A stretch of DNA of 63,408 bases, the filler included, from Octopus bimaculoides (lineage: Eukaryota): NCBI RefSeq assembly GCF_001194135.2. It is 7 parts of 6 records of this genome, joined end to end, with 100 filler letters (N's around TTAATTAATTAA, not from the genome) between each part and the next. Parts side by side here need not be neighbours in the genome. Positions count along the whole stretch, not along the records: positions 1 to 10,041 come from NC_068992.1; positions 10,142 to 15,295 come from NC_069003.1; 5 more parts are not named here. One strand, 5' to 3'. How positions within the stretch are numbered: the stretch's first letter is position 1; the number at the start of each line of letters is the position of its first letter. The notes beneath the pieces were generated by a model. The model did not search any database. It had not been told where the DNA came from and was given only the letters and a program-made list of their open reading frames with translations. The position numbers were made by a program, and so were the translations under genes. Below are positions 1 to 13,099 of the stretch, in pieces.

Positions 1-225
1 ACACCATTTCGAGCGTGGCCGTTTTCGTGCGGGTGACACGTAAAAGCACCCACTACACTCTCTGAGTGGTTGGCGTTAGGAAGGGCATCCAGCTGTAGAA
101 ACTCTGCCAAATCAGACTGGAGCCTGGTGTTGCCATCCGGTTTCACCAGTCCTCAGTCAAATCGTCCAACCCATGCTAGCATGGAAAGCGGACGTTAAAC
201 GATGATGATGATGATGATGATGATG
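1..225 (+). mobile_element. 3' part of a SINE with (GAT)n tail (family T here)
   Basis: Ends CATGCTAGCATGGAAAGCGGACGTTAAAC(GAT)n; positions ~67-215 are essentially the reverse complement of 10830-10980. Confidence 0.8.
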
Positions 226-322
226 ATATGTATATATATATATATAATATATGCATAATAAAAGAAGAGAGTACTCAATATACAGTGTAGAGTAAATTGT
301 TTATTTAAACTGAATTCTTTTT

Positions 323-385
323 CTTGTGACTCGAGTTTCATAGCACTGCGTTCTTTAACGAACTGTTTCTATTCCACATTTCAAG
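323..385 (-). ncRNA. Decayed minimal hammerhead ribozyme in Penelope-like 3' region
   Basis: Minus strand: CTTG..ATGTGGA (degenerate CTGANGA)-ATAG..CTAT (helix II)-GAAA-CTCGAGT-C-ACAAG; palindromic helix III ACTCGAGT, GUC triplet. Confidence 0.45.
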
Positions 386-1099
386 CTCGTTTTATATACA
401 CTGGAGCAAGGTCAGTTATCTGGTATTTGGCTATCATCTTCATTGACCAGTTTTCTTTTAAACATTACGGTGGCAGTTATGAATGTTGTTTCGTTTCAAA
501 TTTCACTCTGTCAGTGTTCCATCTTCATTGCTTGATTTCACCATTTTATCCGATTTCTCCAGATAGATTTTTTGATTCGTGGCATTTTGATTGTTGCATT
601 GTTGACTTTTCATTGGTCAGTTCTTTGTAACACCTCAGTCGACAGATTTCAGTATTATATCCTGTTTCGTTAAACTTAGTTATTCTGCATCTGATTTTGT
701 TTAATTTCTTTTCTGATTCTCTTATCTTTGATGTCTGTATTTATTCTGCAGTGGTCATCCTAGGTGCACCAAAACTTTGGCGTAGTCGTGTTGAAGGTTT
801 TTATTGGCCAATTCACTGGTTTTTCTAACTTTACTGGTCGATATCCTATTTTACTAGAATTGTTATAATATTTATTTTATTATAATATATTGTTTCTCCA
901 AATCGTTATTCTGTTCATTTAATTTTGCCTGTGTCTGTATTTGCTAAAATTTTACTGCCGTCCTCTTCTCTGATTCCTGCATTTTGTTTTTGGTGTCTCT
1001 AAATCATTCTTTTCTGCAGTTTATAATTCATTGATTACTTTGCTGTGGTTGCGTTTTGCAATTTCTGCTGCTAACAGTCACTCTCTTACTATTCAAGCT

Positions 1100-2150
1100 A
1101 GTTTATTAAAAATAAAATTATTTTGTTAACTGTGAAGTAATACCACTACATTTCTTCTTTTGAATAAATATATTCTCTAAAGAACTTATGCGGCATTTTC
1201 TGCGATGCACAGGAAGCATGTCCTGGAATCAATTACGTCAGACGTAGGGTTGTCTATTATAGCCCAGTTTATATCTATACTGATATTTTCACACCTATAC
1301 CCAAAATATACTTTGATTGAGATGTTATTCTTCTTCTATACATACAGATGTATGTTCTGTGGGCTTAAACGTACCGCCGTTGCTCCGATATAATTTTCAT
1401 CGTTAAGTTTTTTGTTTGTAGTATTGTTGCCCCGTAGGTTACTTATTTTTAAAGTAATATCCATTGAATAAGAAACGTTTTGATCCATTGAAGTTACATC
1501 TATTTCGGCTGTGGGTTGTGGCTTTCTAGATACTTTGTTATTCGTAACAAGCAAGGTGAAATTTTGGTCTTTGTGTAGCTGTAAATTTATTTTATATTTT
1601 TCCTTTTCAGTAGCTTAACGTTTCTATGGTCAATTGAGAAATGTTCTGTGGTTAGTTTTGGAAATTATGTATCACTTAGGTCAGTATATTTATGCAGGTC
1701 AAGCTGAATTTGGTTTTGTTCGGTTTGTGGTTCGTTTGCGTGGTTTTGGATACGAATTGTAATTTTTCTTTGAACCTCATCAATGTTACAACATCATTGT
1801 AAAATATTACTTACTTCGTAGGAGATAACATAATTATTCTTTCGCTAATGTTGCTGACTACATTACTTACTCTTGAAGGTGGAAAAATCACCGAATTGGC
1901 AAATAAAATCCAACAACACGTCAGTGGATCAAAAGCCCTGAACTGAAACCTGAGCAATTTGGATGATCCGGATATAATAGAGAAGTTTCTCAATGGAGAT
2001 AGAAAATAACCGAATTGGCAATTGAAAAGTAACAACTAGTAAAAACACCATCTTATCAAAATAATTGGAAGCTGGCCAAAGAAAGTGGTAGCCACACACA
2101 GAAGAATGAAATTATTCCAATATATATAAAACCAGCTTAAAATATCGAAA
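1100..2150 (-). mobile_element. Degraded Penelope-like element (GIY-YIG endonuclease end)
   Basis: Minus-strand fragments ENYIGAT (~1380-1400), DINWAIIDNPTSDVIDSRTCFLCIAE (~1196-1275) and EHFSIDHR resemble the PLE C-terminus (YIG, W..I...CxLC..E); many stops and frameshifts. Confidence 0.65.
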
Positions 2151-2174
2151 AAATAGTTCACCCAAGGATCGCAG

Positions 2175-2224
<50 letters not shown>

Positions 2225-2974
2225 CTTGTTTATGTATAAAGTACAAAAACCATAAAAGTGTTCAATACTCAATACACGACTGTGGTGCAAGAGTGTAGAT
2301 ATGTAAACAGTGGGCCAAGGGTGTAGAATCTTGAAATATTTTTTGTCATGAGAAGGAAATTGAGAAAAACAAATGAAAGAATGAAAAATAGTTTTCAAAC
2401 CATAAAAGGATGTTTCTGTTGGCTATAAACTCATTTTTTTTTGTTTAGATTACTTCTCATTATATATGTCATGTGTGATTGCGTATATGTGTATTTAGGG
2501 TAATGTATGTGCGTCTCTGTGTGTATATGAAGGAAATACGATGTGTGTATGTGTATATACGCATATCTGCATATACACAATTATATTTTATGTGCAGTGC
2601 AGATGTTATAAATCCGCGTTGATTGTTTGTGTATATGTGCATATATATATATATATGTGTGTGTGTGTGTATTTGCATTAATACAAGTCTTCATATATAT
2701 ATATATACATACATACATATATATATATATACATACACACACACACATACATACATGTGCTTGTATGCATGTTTATATATGAATGTATGTATATGAAAGT
2801 ATGCGTGTATATAGTTATATATATACATGAACATATATGTGCTTGTGCTTGTATATTTAGGTATGTATGAGTATGTGCATATATACAGGTAGACATACAC
2901 ACTCACTTTATATTTATGTTCATGCATTCTTTTATGTGTAAATATGTGTATATGAGTGTATGTATACAAGTACA

Positions 2975-3315
2975 ATATGGTTTAGTGTTTAAGAAGTTCG
3001 CTTCGCAATCAACAGGCACAAGTTTCGATTCCACAATGTCGCATTTTAGGCAAATATTTTTTACCGAACCTCCGGGTCGACTGAAGCGTTGAAATGAAAT
3101 TGAATAGAAAGAAACTGTGTAGAATCACGTTGGGTGGATGTACATGTAATTTAAAAGTCTAGCCTTGTCACACAGTGCCACATTAATTTCTGCTTCAGGA
3201 TTATGATTATGGATATGCATGTGTGCGGAATACTCTGCCACTTACATGCTAATTCAAAGAACAGGTAGGATATCTCAGTTGATTGAACATTTCAATATTC
3301 ACCGTCGAAACTGAC
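2975..3315 (+). mobile_element. Chimeric SINE: family A head joined to family C tail
   Basis: 2975-3135 resembles the head at 13100-13265; 3150-3315 resembles the tail of 13483-13775 (AGCCTTGTCACAC...). Confidence 0.6.
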
Positions 3316-3944
3316 AGAGCTCCATAAAATTTTGTTAACTATATTTGGGCATGTATATATATATATACGTACATGCATTCATATATATATATGTATACAT
3401 GTATGTTTATATCTACATCTATCTATATTTACATACGTATACACACACACACACATTTGTTTCTCTCTCTATATATGAACAATATGAACACAACTCCCTG
3501 CAAAGATTCCAGGACTAACGAAAGGGAGACAACAATTAGGGTTTTCTTATAAGTTACTTCCCATGATATATATACATTTATTTATTTATCCAAACATCCC
3601 GTACAGTCTCATATAACTTCATGTATTCTCATCCAAAATGAACAGTGTACCAACGTACCCACATGGCAGATTTTTATTGTCCAAGATGTCTTGATTATTT
3701 GTTTCCCCAAGAATCCAAGTTCAGCAATTCTTTGCTTCAAGCTGGTTGGTACGTATCATTGTTTCAATAACAATAAACTGAAGATGTGTCTTGGGTACTG
3801 AATTTGCAAACGCTTTATCAACGCGCCATAGTTGTTTTCTTTCTCCAGCATGTTAGTATATATGCATAAATATCTGTGTATATTTAAGCATGGCAGGCAG
3901 ATCTGCTAATATGGACTTATATGTTTGTGTATGTATATATGTGT

Positions 3945-4150
3945 GTGTGAGGGTGCATGGCCAAGTGTTTAAGGTGCTGCACTCAGGATTATGAGATCGA
4001 GCTTTCAATTCCTAGCAAAACATTTCGTATCACGTTGTTCTGTGATCATTTAGACACCTGTTCAAGCAATGTCGATTTGATGGAGAGAGTGAGCTGATGT
4101 ACAACACGTACACCTGATCACTACAAACAAATCATTTGCGCAGCTCTGAC
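3945..4150 (+). mobile_element. Degenerate tRNA-head SINE
   Basis: GTGCATGGCCAAGTGTTTAAGG A-box-like and TTTCAATTCC B-box-like motifs. Confidence 0.5.
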
Positions 4151-5784
4151 TACGAGACCACCACCACCTTTTAAAGAATATATGAGCACGCATATAAATA
4201 TGCATACATACATATGCATGTGTACGCATGGATATGTATGTGTCTATATGTATGGGTATGTTTCAATTTATGATTGACTACGACTGGGGAGGTGTCGTCA
4301 TGCTGAGAGTTACGGTTGCACAAATTTAATTTTACATTTTTGGTAAAAAATTTAAAGAATTTTACAATATATTTCTGATAATGGTATCAGTCACTGGAAT
4401 GAGACCGAGGGTTTTCAGTTGATCAAATCTAACTCGGCACTTAAGACAATCTAGCAGGTATTTAAATGGGCCTTTGTCTATCGAATATTAATTTTGACAC
4501 AAAAGTTCAGCATGTTGGTGAACACAACACATACAACACGCATGCACGCAGACAGACACACACATACACATGACAAGCTTCCGCACAATTTCTGTCTACT
4601 AAGTTCTAATTACAATGCATTGGTCAACCCAACATGATTGTAGAAAACAACTATTCAGATTGCCCCACAATAATATCGAACACAGTACCACTTGACTGAG
4701 GAACGAACGTAAACCAAATGTGTGAGTGCGCGCGTGCGTATGTGTGTGTGTGTGTGTGTGTGTGTATACGGGTGTGCGTGGGTATGTTTGTGTTCAAATC
4801 CCTGCATTTCTGTGGGGAAATGAAGATGAGACGTTGTGATGTTCAATACTTTCTAGAAATGAATAACAGCGAAATTGAATGAAATGGCTTTACTCAAGGA
4901 TTGAAATCATGTCGGTGGGGTTTAGGTTTGATGGGTACTCAGGTGTTGATCCCAAAACAAATATTCATTTCTTATATAAGCGAAATATTTCTGATGTCAA
5001 CAGAGAAAAAATACGAGGTGTTTTGACATTCATGCCTTTCCTACACTTACTGTTTTGAAAACGAAACCGTCCTCTGCTGACGGTGGCAGTATCTCTAGAG
5101 ACATGGAAACTGTATTTTAGAATGGGAGACAAACGAGTTATTTTGACGGTTGTGATCGTTCGTTAATGTAGTCATAATCAAGCAGACCTTTTTGTATATC
5201 GGGGACTATGTTATGCAACATGTTCTTGTGATTTGAAAGAAATTTGGTTGCTGTTTCAGGTTTGGATGACACCGAATGTTTTCATAAGCTGCATAAAATA
5301 TGAACGGAAATTCAGAACGAGGTCACGGTTTTGACTGACCGAAAATTCCCTTGGGGGACAATTCTCGTTGCACAGGATATTTAACAATGTGCATTTAGCA
5401 GCAGAAGCAGTATTAGTTCAAAATAGCAATCTGTGTAGCATGAAAGCTTTATAAACTGAAGTATCCATCTCGAGAAAGCATCTTTTTATAGACGTATAGT
5501 GTTAAAAACACAGAAATATATCAATATCAAATATATACATATATATATATATATTATTATTCCACACACATCGTTGCTGGACGATTTTTGTTTATAACTA
5601 ATATATTTCCAAGTTTTTGTTTAACACTATGCATCTATAAGAGATGGTTTCTTGAGATGCATACCACAGAGTATGAGGTTTTCAGCTTAGTATCTGCTTT
5701 AAGTATGGTACACAGAGGATATTATAACATTAACACACTGCCCAAGTTTGGCTTTGGTAGTGATGATTGAAGCAAATTAAAAGA

Positions 5785-5972
5785 ACAAGACCAGACTTGG
5801 AGGTGCAGTCAATGAAATCGACCCCGATGCTCATACTTTATTTCATCGGCCCATGAAAGATGAAACCAAAATTCGATCCCGGCAAAATTCGAACTGAGAA
5901 TGTTAACTGAACTAAGTAACTACTAGAAGACATCAGCCGGAGCTGTAACGACTCCGTAACTCTGTTGCTTTA
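5785..5972 (-). mobile_element. SINE family B, degenerate copy
   Basis: Shares ATCGACCCC...GAAAGATGAAA...AATTCGAACTGAGAA with 19020-19417. Confidence 0.6.
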
Positions 5973-6320
5973 TGTAAATTATAAAAATTTCCAGCATTGG
6001 CACAAGACAACACAAATTAAAAGGATGCCCATGTTTAACTAGTTCTTTCTGCGGACACTCGACTCGCTAGGATTAGCAGCCAAATCTCCCTCAAATCACA
6101 ACCTACCGTTTTATAGAAAAAAGAAGTTATTGGACAACGTGATCTTAGATACAATGTATATGAAAAAAAAAAAAACAAAAACAAAAAAACTCAACGTAAT
6201 AAATAATAAATGCGGAATGGTTTACAGTTAGAATTTTTTTTCTAGATAGGTTTCTTCTTTACCAATTCTGCTATTCCAATAATACTCCATATTATTGTAA
6301 ATAGTATTCTTTCTAATTTT

Positions 6321-6518
6321 AGCATAAGGCCAACAATTTTGAGGGGAGGGGGAAGTCGATTGCATCGACCCCAGTGCGCACTGGTACTTATTTTATCGAC
6401 TCCGAAAGGATGAAAGGTAAAGTCGACCTCTGCAGAATTTGATCTCAGGCCGTAAAGGGTTGGAAAAACGCTGCTAAACATTTTTGTTTTCGATGCGGCA
6501 GCGCTTCTGCCTGCTCGC
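6321..6518 (-). mobile_element. SINE family B
   Basis: GTCGATTGCATCGACCCCAGT...GAAAGGATGAAAGGTAAAGTCGACC, matching the other family B copies. Confidence 0.8.
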
Positions 6519-7198
6519 TATCATTGTAAAAACCACAAACGATATCTCAATTAGAGTAAATAGGGTAAAGTTATAAGAGTTAGGGGCATTAAAATACAAA
6601 ACAGATTGAAAAGCAATATACATTAACTTAGTTCGTGAGTATATTGTTGATTGCATGGACCCAAGTATATGGCTGGTATTTATTTTATCAATCCATAAAG
6701 GATGAGAGGTGAGTTGTCGTCGGTAAGTGGGAGCCGTATTTGGAACGTAAAAGGAGGAATTTAGTCCGGCGCTCTGTCGTTTCTGCGATTTCCTAATTAC
6801 TTTATCAATATTCTACTTTTATAGACAAGGAAGATTAACTTTTCCAAGAGTTTGGAGGATTATAATCGCTTGAATAAACTCTCCTGTGTATGTGTGTTCC
6901 TGTATTTGTGTGCGCGTGTTTTTCTTTTAATATCAGGGCCTAAGTTCAAGAGGAAAGAGCAGAACCTATGTCCTTTTAGGATTCAAATGCTTTGTGGGAG
7001 GAACAGAATAATCTATTTTCAGATCGGAGACAGCCCGGATGCTTACAAAGTGCAATACTAAGTAAAACTAATCAAGGACGAAGCGGTGATGTTAAATCGA
7101 ACGATGGATTAAGGCTACTATCCAGTTACGGGAACTAATTTTATAGACACCGGAGGAGTCGATCGAGAAATTCATCCGAGCAGGATGTTGTAAAGCAG

Positions 7199-8019
7199 GG
7201 ATCTTTTTGGTTTGACGGGCAACACTTGTTTTCTTAACGAAACACTTTCAAACTTGGGATACTGGTAGAATGTGTCATATAAAACATCGTTTTCTCTTAG
7301 CCTTCTTAACAAAAATTAGTTCTTAAGTCATTTCATGTTAAAGTTGTCGTATTTCTGTAATTTCAACCAATCACTGATGTCTATTCAGCTGAATACAGTT
7401 AGTGCTCTTTTTATAAACAATATTTTTTACCGGTGTCAAGAGTGTTATTCCCTGTTTAATTATATCATTATTCCCTAGTAAGGGTTTAGGGTTCGGGTTT
7501 TAGNNNNNNNNNNNNNNNNNNNNNNNNNNNNNNNNNNNNNNNNNNNNNNNNNNNNNNNNNNNNNNNNNNNNNNNNNNNNNNNNNNNNNNNNNNNNNNNNN
7601 NNNNNNNNNNNNNNNNNNNNNNNNNNNNNNNNNNNNNNNNNNNNNNNNNNNNNNNNNNNNNNNNNNNNNNNNNNNNNNNNNNNNNNNNNNNNNNNNNNNG
7701 AACGATGTCATAAATAAGAGTAACACGGGTAGTAGTTGTTGTTGACAAACAACGGCACTAATTTTATTCAAGGGAAAAGATGCCATGACACCGTTGTTTA
7801 CATTCCACGGCGTAATTGTTTTCACCTCAATAGACGTCAGTGATTGGTTGAAATTACCGAAATACAACAACTTTTTACATGAAATAACTTCGAATACAAA
7901 ATTTTTTATCTGTTCTATAATACAAATATACAAGTATACGAAGTTTGAAAGTGTTTCGGTACCAAAAACACTACATAAAACATTAATGAAAAATGTTGCC
8001 CGTCAAACCAAAAGGATCC
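7199..8019. mobile_element. Non-autonomous DNA transposon (MITE/foldback), Merlin-like or hAT-like
   Basis: 26-bp TIRs GGATCTTTTTGGTTTGACGGGCAACA / TGTTGCCCGTCAAACCAAAAGGATCC (1 mismatch); 8-bp direct repeat TAAAGCAG at 7191-7198 and 8020-8027; further subterminal inverted homology ~7327-7395 vs ~7815-7890. Confidence 0.85.
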
Positions 8020-8519
8020 TAAAGCAGTGCTTCTCATGTGGTAGAAGAAGCTGTAATGATTGAAAGGGAAGTTGGCGGGATGGTGGTGGTGGGGGACAAA
8101 ATGTTATGCTTAATAAAATTATTAAAGTTTGCAACTTTTTAAAACCTTGTCAAATATCTTGGTGAAATAAAGAAGAATTATATCAATGCAAACTCGATTG
8201 CGTGATCTCATCGATAAAGAGAACGTGGAGGAGCTTTGAATAATTTTTTTCTTTTTGATATTTTGGGTGCAAAGGTGGAGTTGGGGTATTTGCTAGTTTG
8301 AGAACCATTGACGAAGAATGACATTTAGTCAGGTGAAATCGTGTCACTTAATTCATTGTCCTGTGTAATTACAGAAAAAAGCAAAAATATCATTCAAAGT
8401 TTGGGTTAGGGTTAGGGGTTAAGGTTAGAAGCATCTCAATAACGTAAATGCTATCAATATAAAATAATGTATGTGTGTTGATAAACGTCTGTAGCTGCTG
8501 TATTACGTTTAAAAGAGGT

Positions 8520-8667
8520 CCTTTCAAAGGTGTATAATGTTAAAAAAACAAAAAAAAACACAGTATACTTAAAAAATGGGCGAAACTAACATATGATGTT
8601 AAAAAACGTTTCGTCTAACTTGGAGATATACTGTGTATTTTTTTTAACACTAAACATCTTTGAAGGG
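8520..8667. repeat. Imperfect foldback hairpin
   Basis: CCTTTCAAAGGTGTATAATGTTAAAAAAA..CACAGTATA pairs with TATACTGTG..TTTTTTTAACACTAAACATCTTTGAAGGG. Confidence 0.6.
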
Positions 8668-9846
8668 ATTTCCGTTAGACGAAATACCGTAGCTATTAGC
8701 TTTTAATAAAACATATGCATTAAGTATATGATATTGATAATGTTAACGAAAAACATGTCTTCGGTCAAGAATTTTAACGAATTAACTTACGAGAAAGTCG
8801 AAATAAACTTGTTTAAAGAATGATACAGAAATACAAAGCGTGGAAATTCGAAATAAAAGTGTTTATACTGACGGAAATGATATTCTATTTTCTTTGCGTA
8901 TGCATAAGTCCAAATTCTGTTAGGAGAAGAGAAAGCAAATGTGGTCGACTGACTTGACCCTTCTGTAAGACTGGTTGACTCATTTTATCAATTTAAAAGA
9001 TACGAAAGGCAATGTTAGCGTTGTCGTGAGTTGAACTCAGCAGAATGCTGAATGCTCTTAGGTTCACCACCGCCTTTGCTTTTAGCGTACCTCGTTCTTT
9101 TAGTATCACGTGACATTATGCTTAATGACGTGTAAGAGTCAAGAGGGGAGTCACGCACATACACAGAAGACAACAGTAAAGGAATAATCAGGGAAGCGTG
9201 ATAATTAAATCAACACTTGTTGGTGTTATAAGAATATATAAAATTTCGAGAGAACGTCCGTCAAATAAGTCTTTTTCTTTTGTTTTTGGAAGACTGGATC
9301 TCTAAGCACATAAAACTTTAAATAATGACATATAAATATTGTGTTAAAAATCATTTTTTTTTAAATAAAAGGCAGCCTTCGATTTCTATATATTTGGCTT
9401 TCTCGACCCAATGTTTACATGCTACATTTTATAGTCTTAATGTGCTTCGAGATCCACTGTTCCAAAAAAGAATTAAATCAACGCTATTTTAAAAATTATC
9501 CTCACTTGTACCATCACATCAAACAATCTGAACACCTTTTGCGAGAGATGGCGCTTACTATCGCCTGTGTGGAAACCGCTGGACTAAGTGCAGAGAAATA
9601 TTAAATCTAACGCTGAAGCGATCTACCAACTAAACAATAGCAGTTTGAGTGCTTTAAAAATACATTAATATCTCATCTATTTTTATGTCTGGGGACCCGA
9701 AACATCGGCTGCTGTCTTATTTACGCTTGGTCATGTAGACAAAATCACTGGGGGGGGGGGGCCTATCTCTTTTAGATAGTATCAGTAAGAAGAACAAAAC
9801 TCAGAACTATAAACTAACAGAGTACTCGTTGATTATTACAGTTGTG

Positions 9847-10041
9847 GGATCTTTTTTAAAACGGGGGCCACATTTATCATTAACGAAACACTTTGAAACT
9901 AGGAACACTGGTAGAATGTGTCATATAAAACATCTTTTTCTCTTAGTCTTCTTAAAAAAAAAAGAAATCCCTAAGTTATTCCATGTTAAAGTTGTCGTAT
10001 TTCTGTAATTTCAACCAATCACTGACGTCCATTCAGCCGAT
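9847..10041. mobile_element. Second copy (left arm) of the 7199-8019 MITE family
   Basis: GGATCTTTTT start and ACGAAACACTTT..CTGGTAGAATGTGTCATATAAAACATC..TTTCAACCAATCACTGA shared; runs into a gap. Confidence 0.8.
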
Positions 10042-10085
10042 NNNNNNNNNNNNNNNNNNNNNNNNNNNNNNNNNNNNNNNNNNNN

Positions 10086-10097
10086 TTAATTAATTAA
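10086..10097. other. Artificial TTAATTAATTAA linker in N gap (also 15340-15351, 20159-20170, 43169-43180, 47817-47828, 60804-60815)
   Basis: Identical palindromic 12-mer with stops in all six frames, centred in ~100-nt N runs. Confidence 0.95.
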
Positions 10098-10187
10098 NNN
10101 NNNNNNNNNNNNNNNNNNNNNNNNNNNNNNNNNNNNNNNNNAACAACAACAACAACGATAAGAACTGAGGAAGAAGATAATTATAAT

Positions 10188-10224
10188 AATAAGGATAATA
10201 ATAATAATAATAGTAATAATAATA

Positions 10225-10278
<54 letters not shown>

Positions 10279-10360
10279 GTAATAATAATAATAACAATAA
10301 TAATAATAATAATAACAATAATAATAATAATAATAATAATAGTAATAATAACAACAATAA
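10188..10360. repeat. (TAA)n microsatellite
   Basis: Long imperfect AAT array; explains the poly-Tyr ORF. Confidence 0.95.
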
Positions 10361-10520
10361 TGTAACAATAACGGTATACAGTAATGAATGCAGTGGTTGT
10401 GAAACAAGTTTTATGTTACTTGTCAGTTAAGTCTCTTGGGACGTTCAACTTTTAACCAACTAATTATCAATGAAGAACTTCCACTCGATAATTTTCTCCT
10501 CTCAAATGCATATGTATGCA

Positions 10521-10557
<37 letters not shown>

Positions 10558-10794
10558 CAATGGGAATCAATCTCTGAGTTGGATCTACAGCTTGCACGAA
10601 TTGGGTACCTACGTGGTGTGTGTATATATACATTTGTCTATGTATACTTATATACAGACAGATTGTAAGTGTAATATGTGCACACTTACAGCATACAACC
10701 AGCTAATGATAACTTTGTTTCTGGGCATTGTAAGCTCAGTAACTGACCTTTCCTAGCATTCTACACATTGAAATACCTAGGTTCCAACAAATCT

Positions 10795-10829
<35 letters not shown>

Positions 10830-10831
<2 letters not shown>

Positions 10832-10980
10832 CATCATCATCATCATCGTTTAACGTCCGCTTTCCATGCTAGCATGGGTTGGACGATTTGACTGAGGACT
10901 GGTGAAACCGGATGGCAACACCAGGCTCCAGTCTGATTTGGCAGAGTTTCTACAGCTGGATGCCCTTCCTAACGCCAACC
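10830..10980 (-). mobile_element. SINE family T, young copy
   Basis: Reverse complement of the 1-225 element, with (CAT)n tail. Confidence 0.85.
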
Positions 10981-11609
10981 NNNNNNNNNNNNNNNNNNNN
11001 NNNNNNNNNNNNNNNNNNNNNNNNNNNNNNNNNNNNNNNNNNNNNNNNNNNNNNNNNNNNNNNNNNNNNNNNNNNNNNNNNNNNNNNNNNNNNNNNNNNN
11101 NNNNNNNNNNNNNNNNNNNNNNNNNNNNNNNNNNNNNNNNNNNNNNNNNNNNNNNNNNNNNNNNNNNNNNNNNNNNNNNNNNNNNNNAAATAATAGGGGG
11201 CTGAGGACGGAACCTTGGTATATATATATATATATATAAATATATGTGTGTGTGTGTGTATCACCACTGTCATCAACATTTTACATCTGTTTTCCATGCT
11301 GGCATGGGTTAGATAGATTGACAGGATCCAGCAAGCTGCAGGGGCTGCACCAAGCTCCAGAGTCAGTTTGGCATGGTTTCTATAACTGGGTACCCCTCAC
11401 TTTACAGTGTGTACCGGGTGCTTTTTTCAAGCCACCAGCACTAATAGGGTTGCTACGTAATTTGCAAAACAGAAAAAAAAAACAAAAAAGAAAACAGAGA
11501 AAAAGATAAAAACCTCCATCGCTAAGCACTGGGTGGGGTGGAGAGAGTATTTGAAAGGGAGGGGTGGCTTGATGTCAGGTTTTGAAAGGTTAAAATATAA
11601 TAGAGGGAC

Positions 11610-12688
11610 AAGCATAGGTGTCTTGTTTTAGGGGACACATACATGACTACTCTGCATTATATAAGGATAAAACTGGTAGTGATGTTGAAGCTGGGTGCCA
11701 GAGCAAAGTCTCAATGTACAAGAAGGTGAACATAAGAAGTGATCAGAAGCGGGTAGTTTCATAAGAGTGTGAGGAGAGAGATGGGGGTAGATGTAAATGT
11801 ATTGAGTAATGAACAAGGGTGGAGGTGAAACTGATGGGAAATACTGGTAGGGAGAAGGGTATGGTGTGGGAGATAGAAGTGGCTCAGGACAAGGTGTAGG
11901 AGGGATACGTAGTGGTGAGGAGGGATATTTAGGGTACATAAGAGTGGCATGATGCTGGATATGAGAGGGTGCAGAAAAATAATAGGCATGTGAGGTGTTA
12001 CAATGAGTATAGCAGAGAAAGAGAGATAACTCAAGACACAGATGGGAGGTGATCAGGGAAAATAGTGTGGGTGAGGAAGGAAGAATAGTGGGGATAAGGG
12101 AAAGAAGTGGTTCCAAGAGGGTAGAGGTAACCGGTAAAGCAACAGAAGTAATATGTGCCAATGCTTCCCTCAAATAATTTCAGCCACCAAGTAGTGCTAC
12201 AGAAGAGTGATGGAGGGCTGGCTGTTAGGGGAATGAGATGTAGGGAATGCTTGAATGGATTTACAAGCAGAAACAGAACTCTGCTGTTGTGGATGGGTCT
12301 GCTCAAGCACAGCAAATTGCCAGTCATCTTGGTCCTTCATCATCTCCTTCATAAGGCTCAGCATCTTGAGGTCCACCTTCCATACATCATCTCATACCTT
12401 CCTAGGTTTCCATTCTCCATAATCTCTATCCACTTTGAGCAACTGGCACTTCTTGATGCAGCTGTTCTCATACATCCACATCACATAACCACACCAGCAC
12501 AGTCTTCTCTCTTACTCATTATATCTGATTCCTCTGATGCTTAATTTTTCTCTCAATGCTTTAACACTTTGCCATACATGCCCACTAACATTACACATCC
12601 ATCAGAACATACTAACTTCATCCCCCTCTAGTCTTTGCACGTCTTCTGCATTCAGTGCCCATATTTCACTTCCATACAGTGTGTATGT
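11610..12688 (-). mobile_element. RTE-clade LINE 3' end (pseudogenised C-terminus and 3' UTR)
   Basis: Minus strand from 12688: LYGSEIWALNAEDVQRLEGDEVSMF*WMCNVS...LREKLSIRGIR...ERRLCWCGYVMWM...KVDLKML...DDWQFAV, matching the RTE LYGSETW..LRWxGHV..RPRKTW pattern. Confidence 0.8.
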
Positions 12689-13099
12689 GTTTATGTATCT
12701 ATACATGTATGTATGTACATGTGGTATGTATGTATGTGTATGCATAAGTGATTATATCTAAACATGCATATACACACACATACAGGTACATGCATATATA
12801 CGCACATAGACAGACACACACACAGAAATATATACATATATAAAAACATACACAGACACACACAAGTTGTCCCAAATGTCATCAAATAGCAGAAAGTCTA
12901 ATTAAACATTTCTGTCTGTTAATTATTTATGGTAAATTTAATTAAAGTTTATTAATATTTTAAACCTATCTAGTCACCTGCTACACAGGTGTGTGAGCTT
13001 GTATCTATGCACACGCAACACACGCTTAATACATGTCTAGATAGACATATACACATCAATACATACTGACGCGCATGCACACACACACACACACACACA

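Noticed and set aside
7478-8428. True telomere or subtelomere
   Set aside because: Only a few degenerate TTAGGG units, located inside or near a MITE.
10891-10912. CTGAGGA-CTGGT-GAAACCGG inside SINE family T, resembling a hammerhead core
   Set aside because: Only 5 nt for helix II, no helix I complementarity, and ACCGGA breaks helix III.
11628-12173. 181-aa Pro/Ser-rich ORF
   Set aside because: Falls in the pyrimidine-rich RTE 3' UTR; no domain signal.
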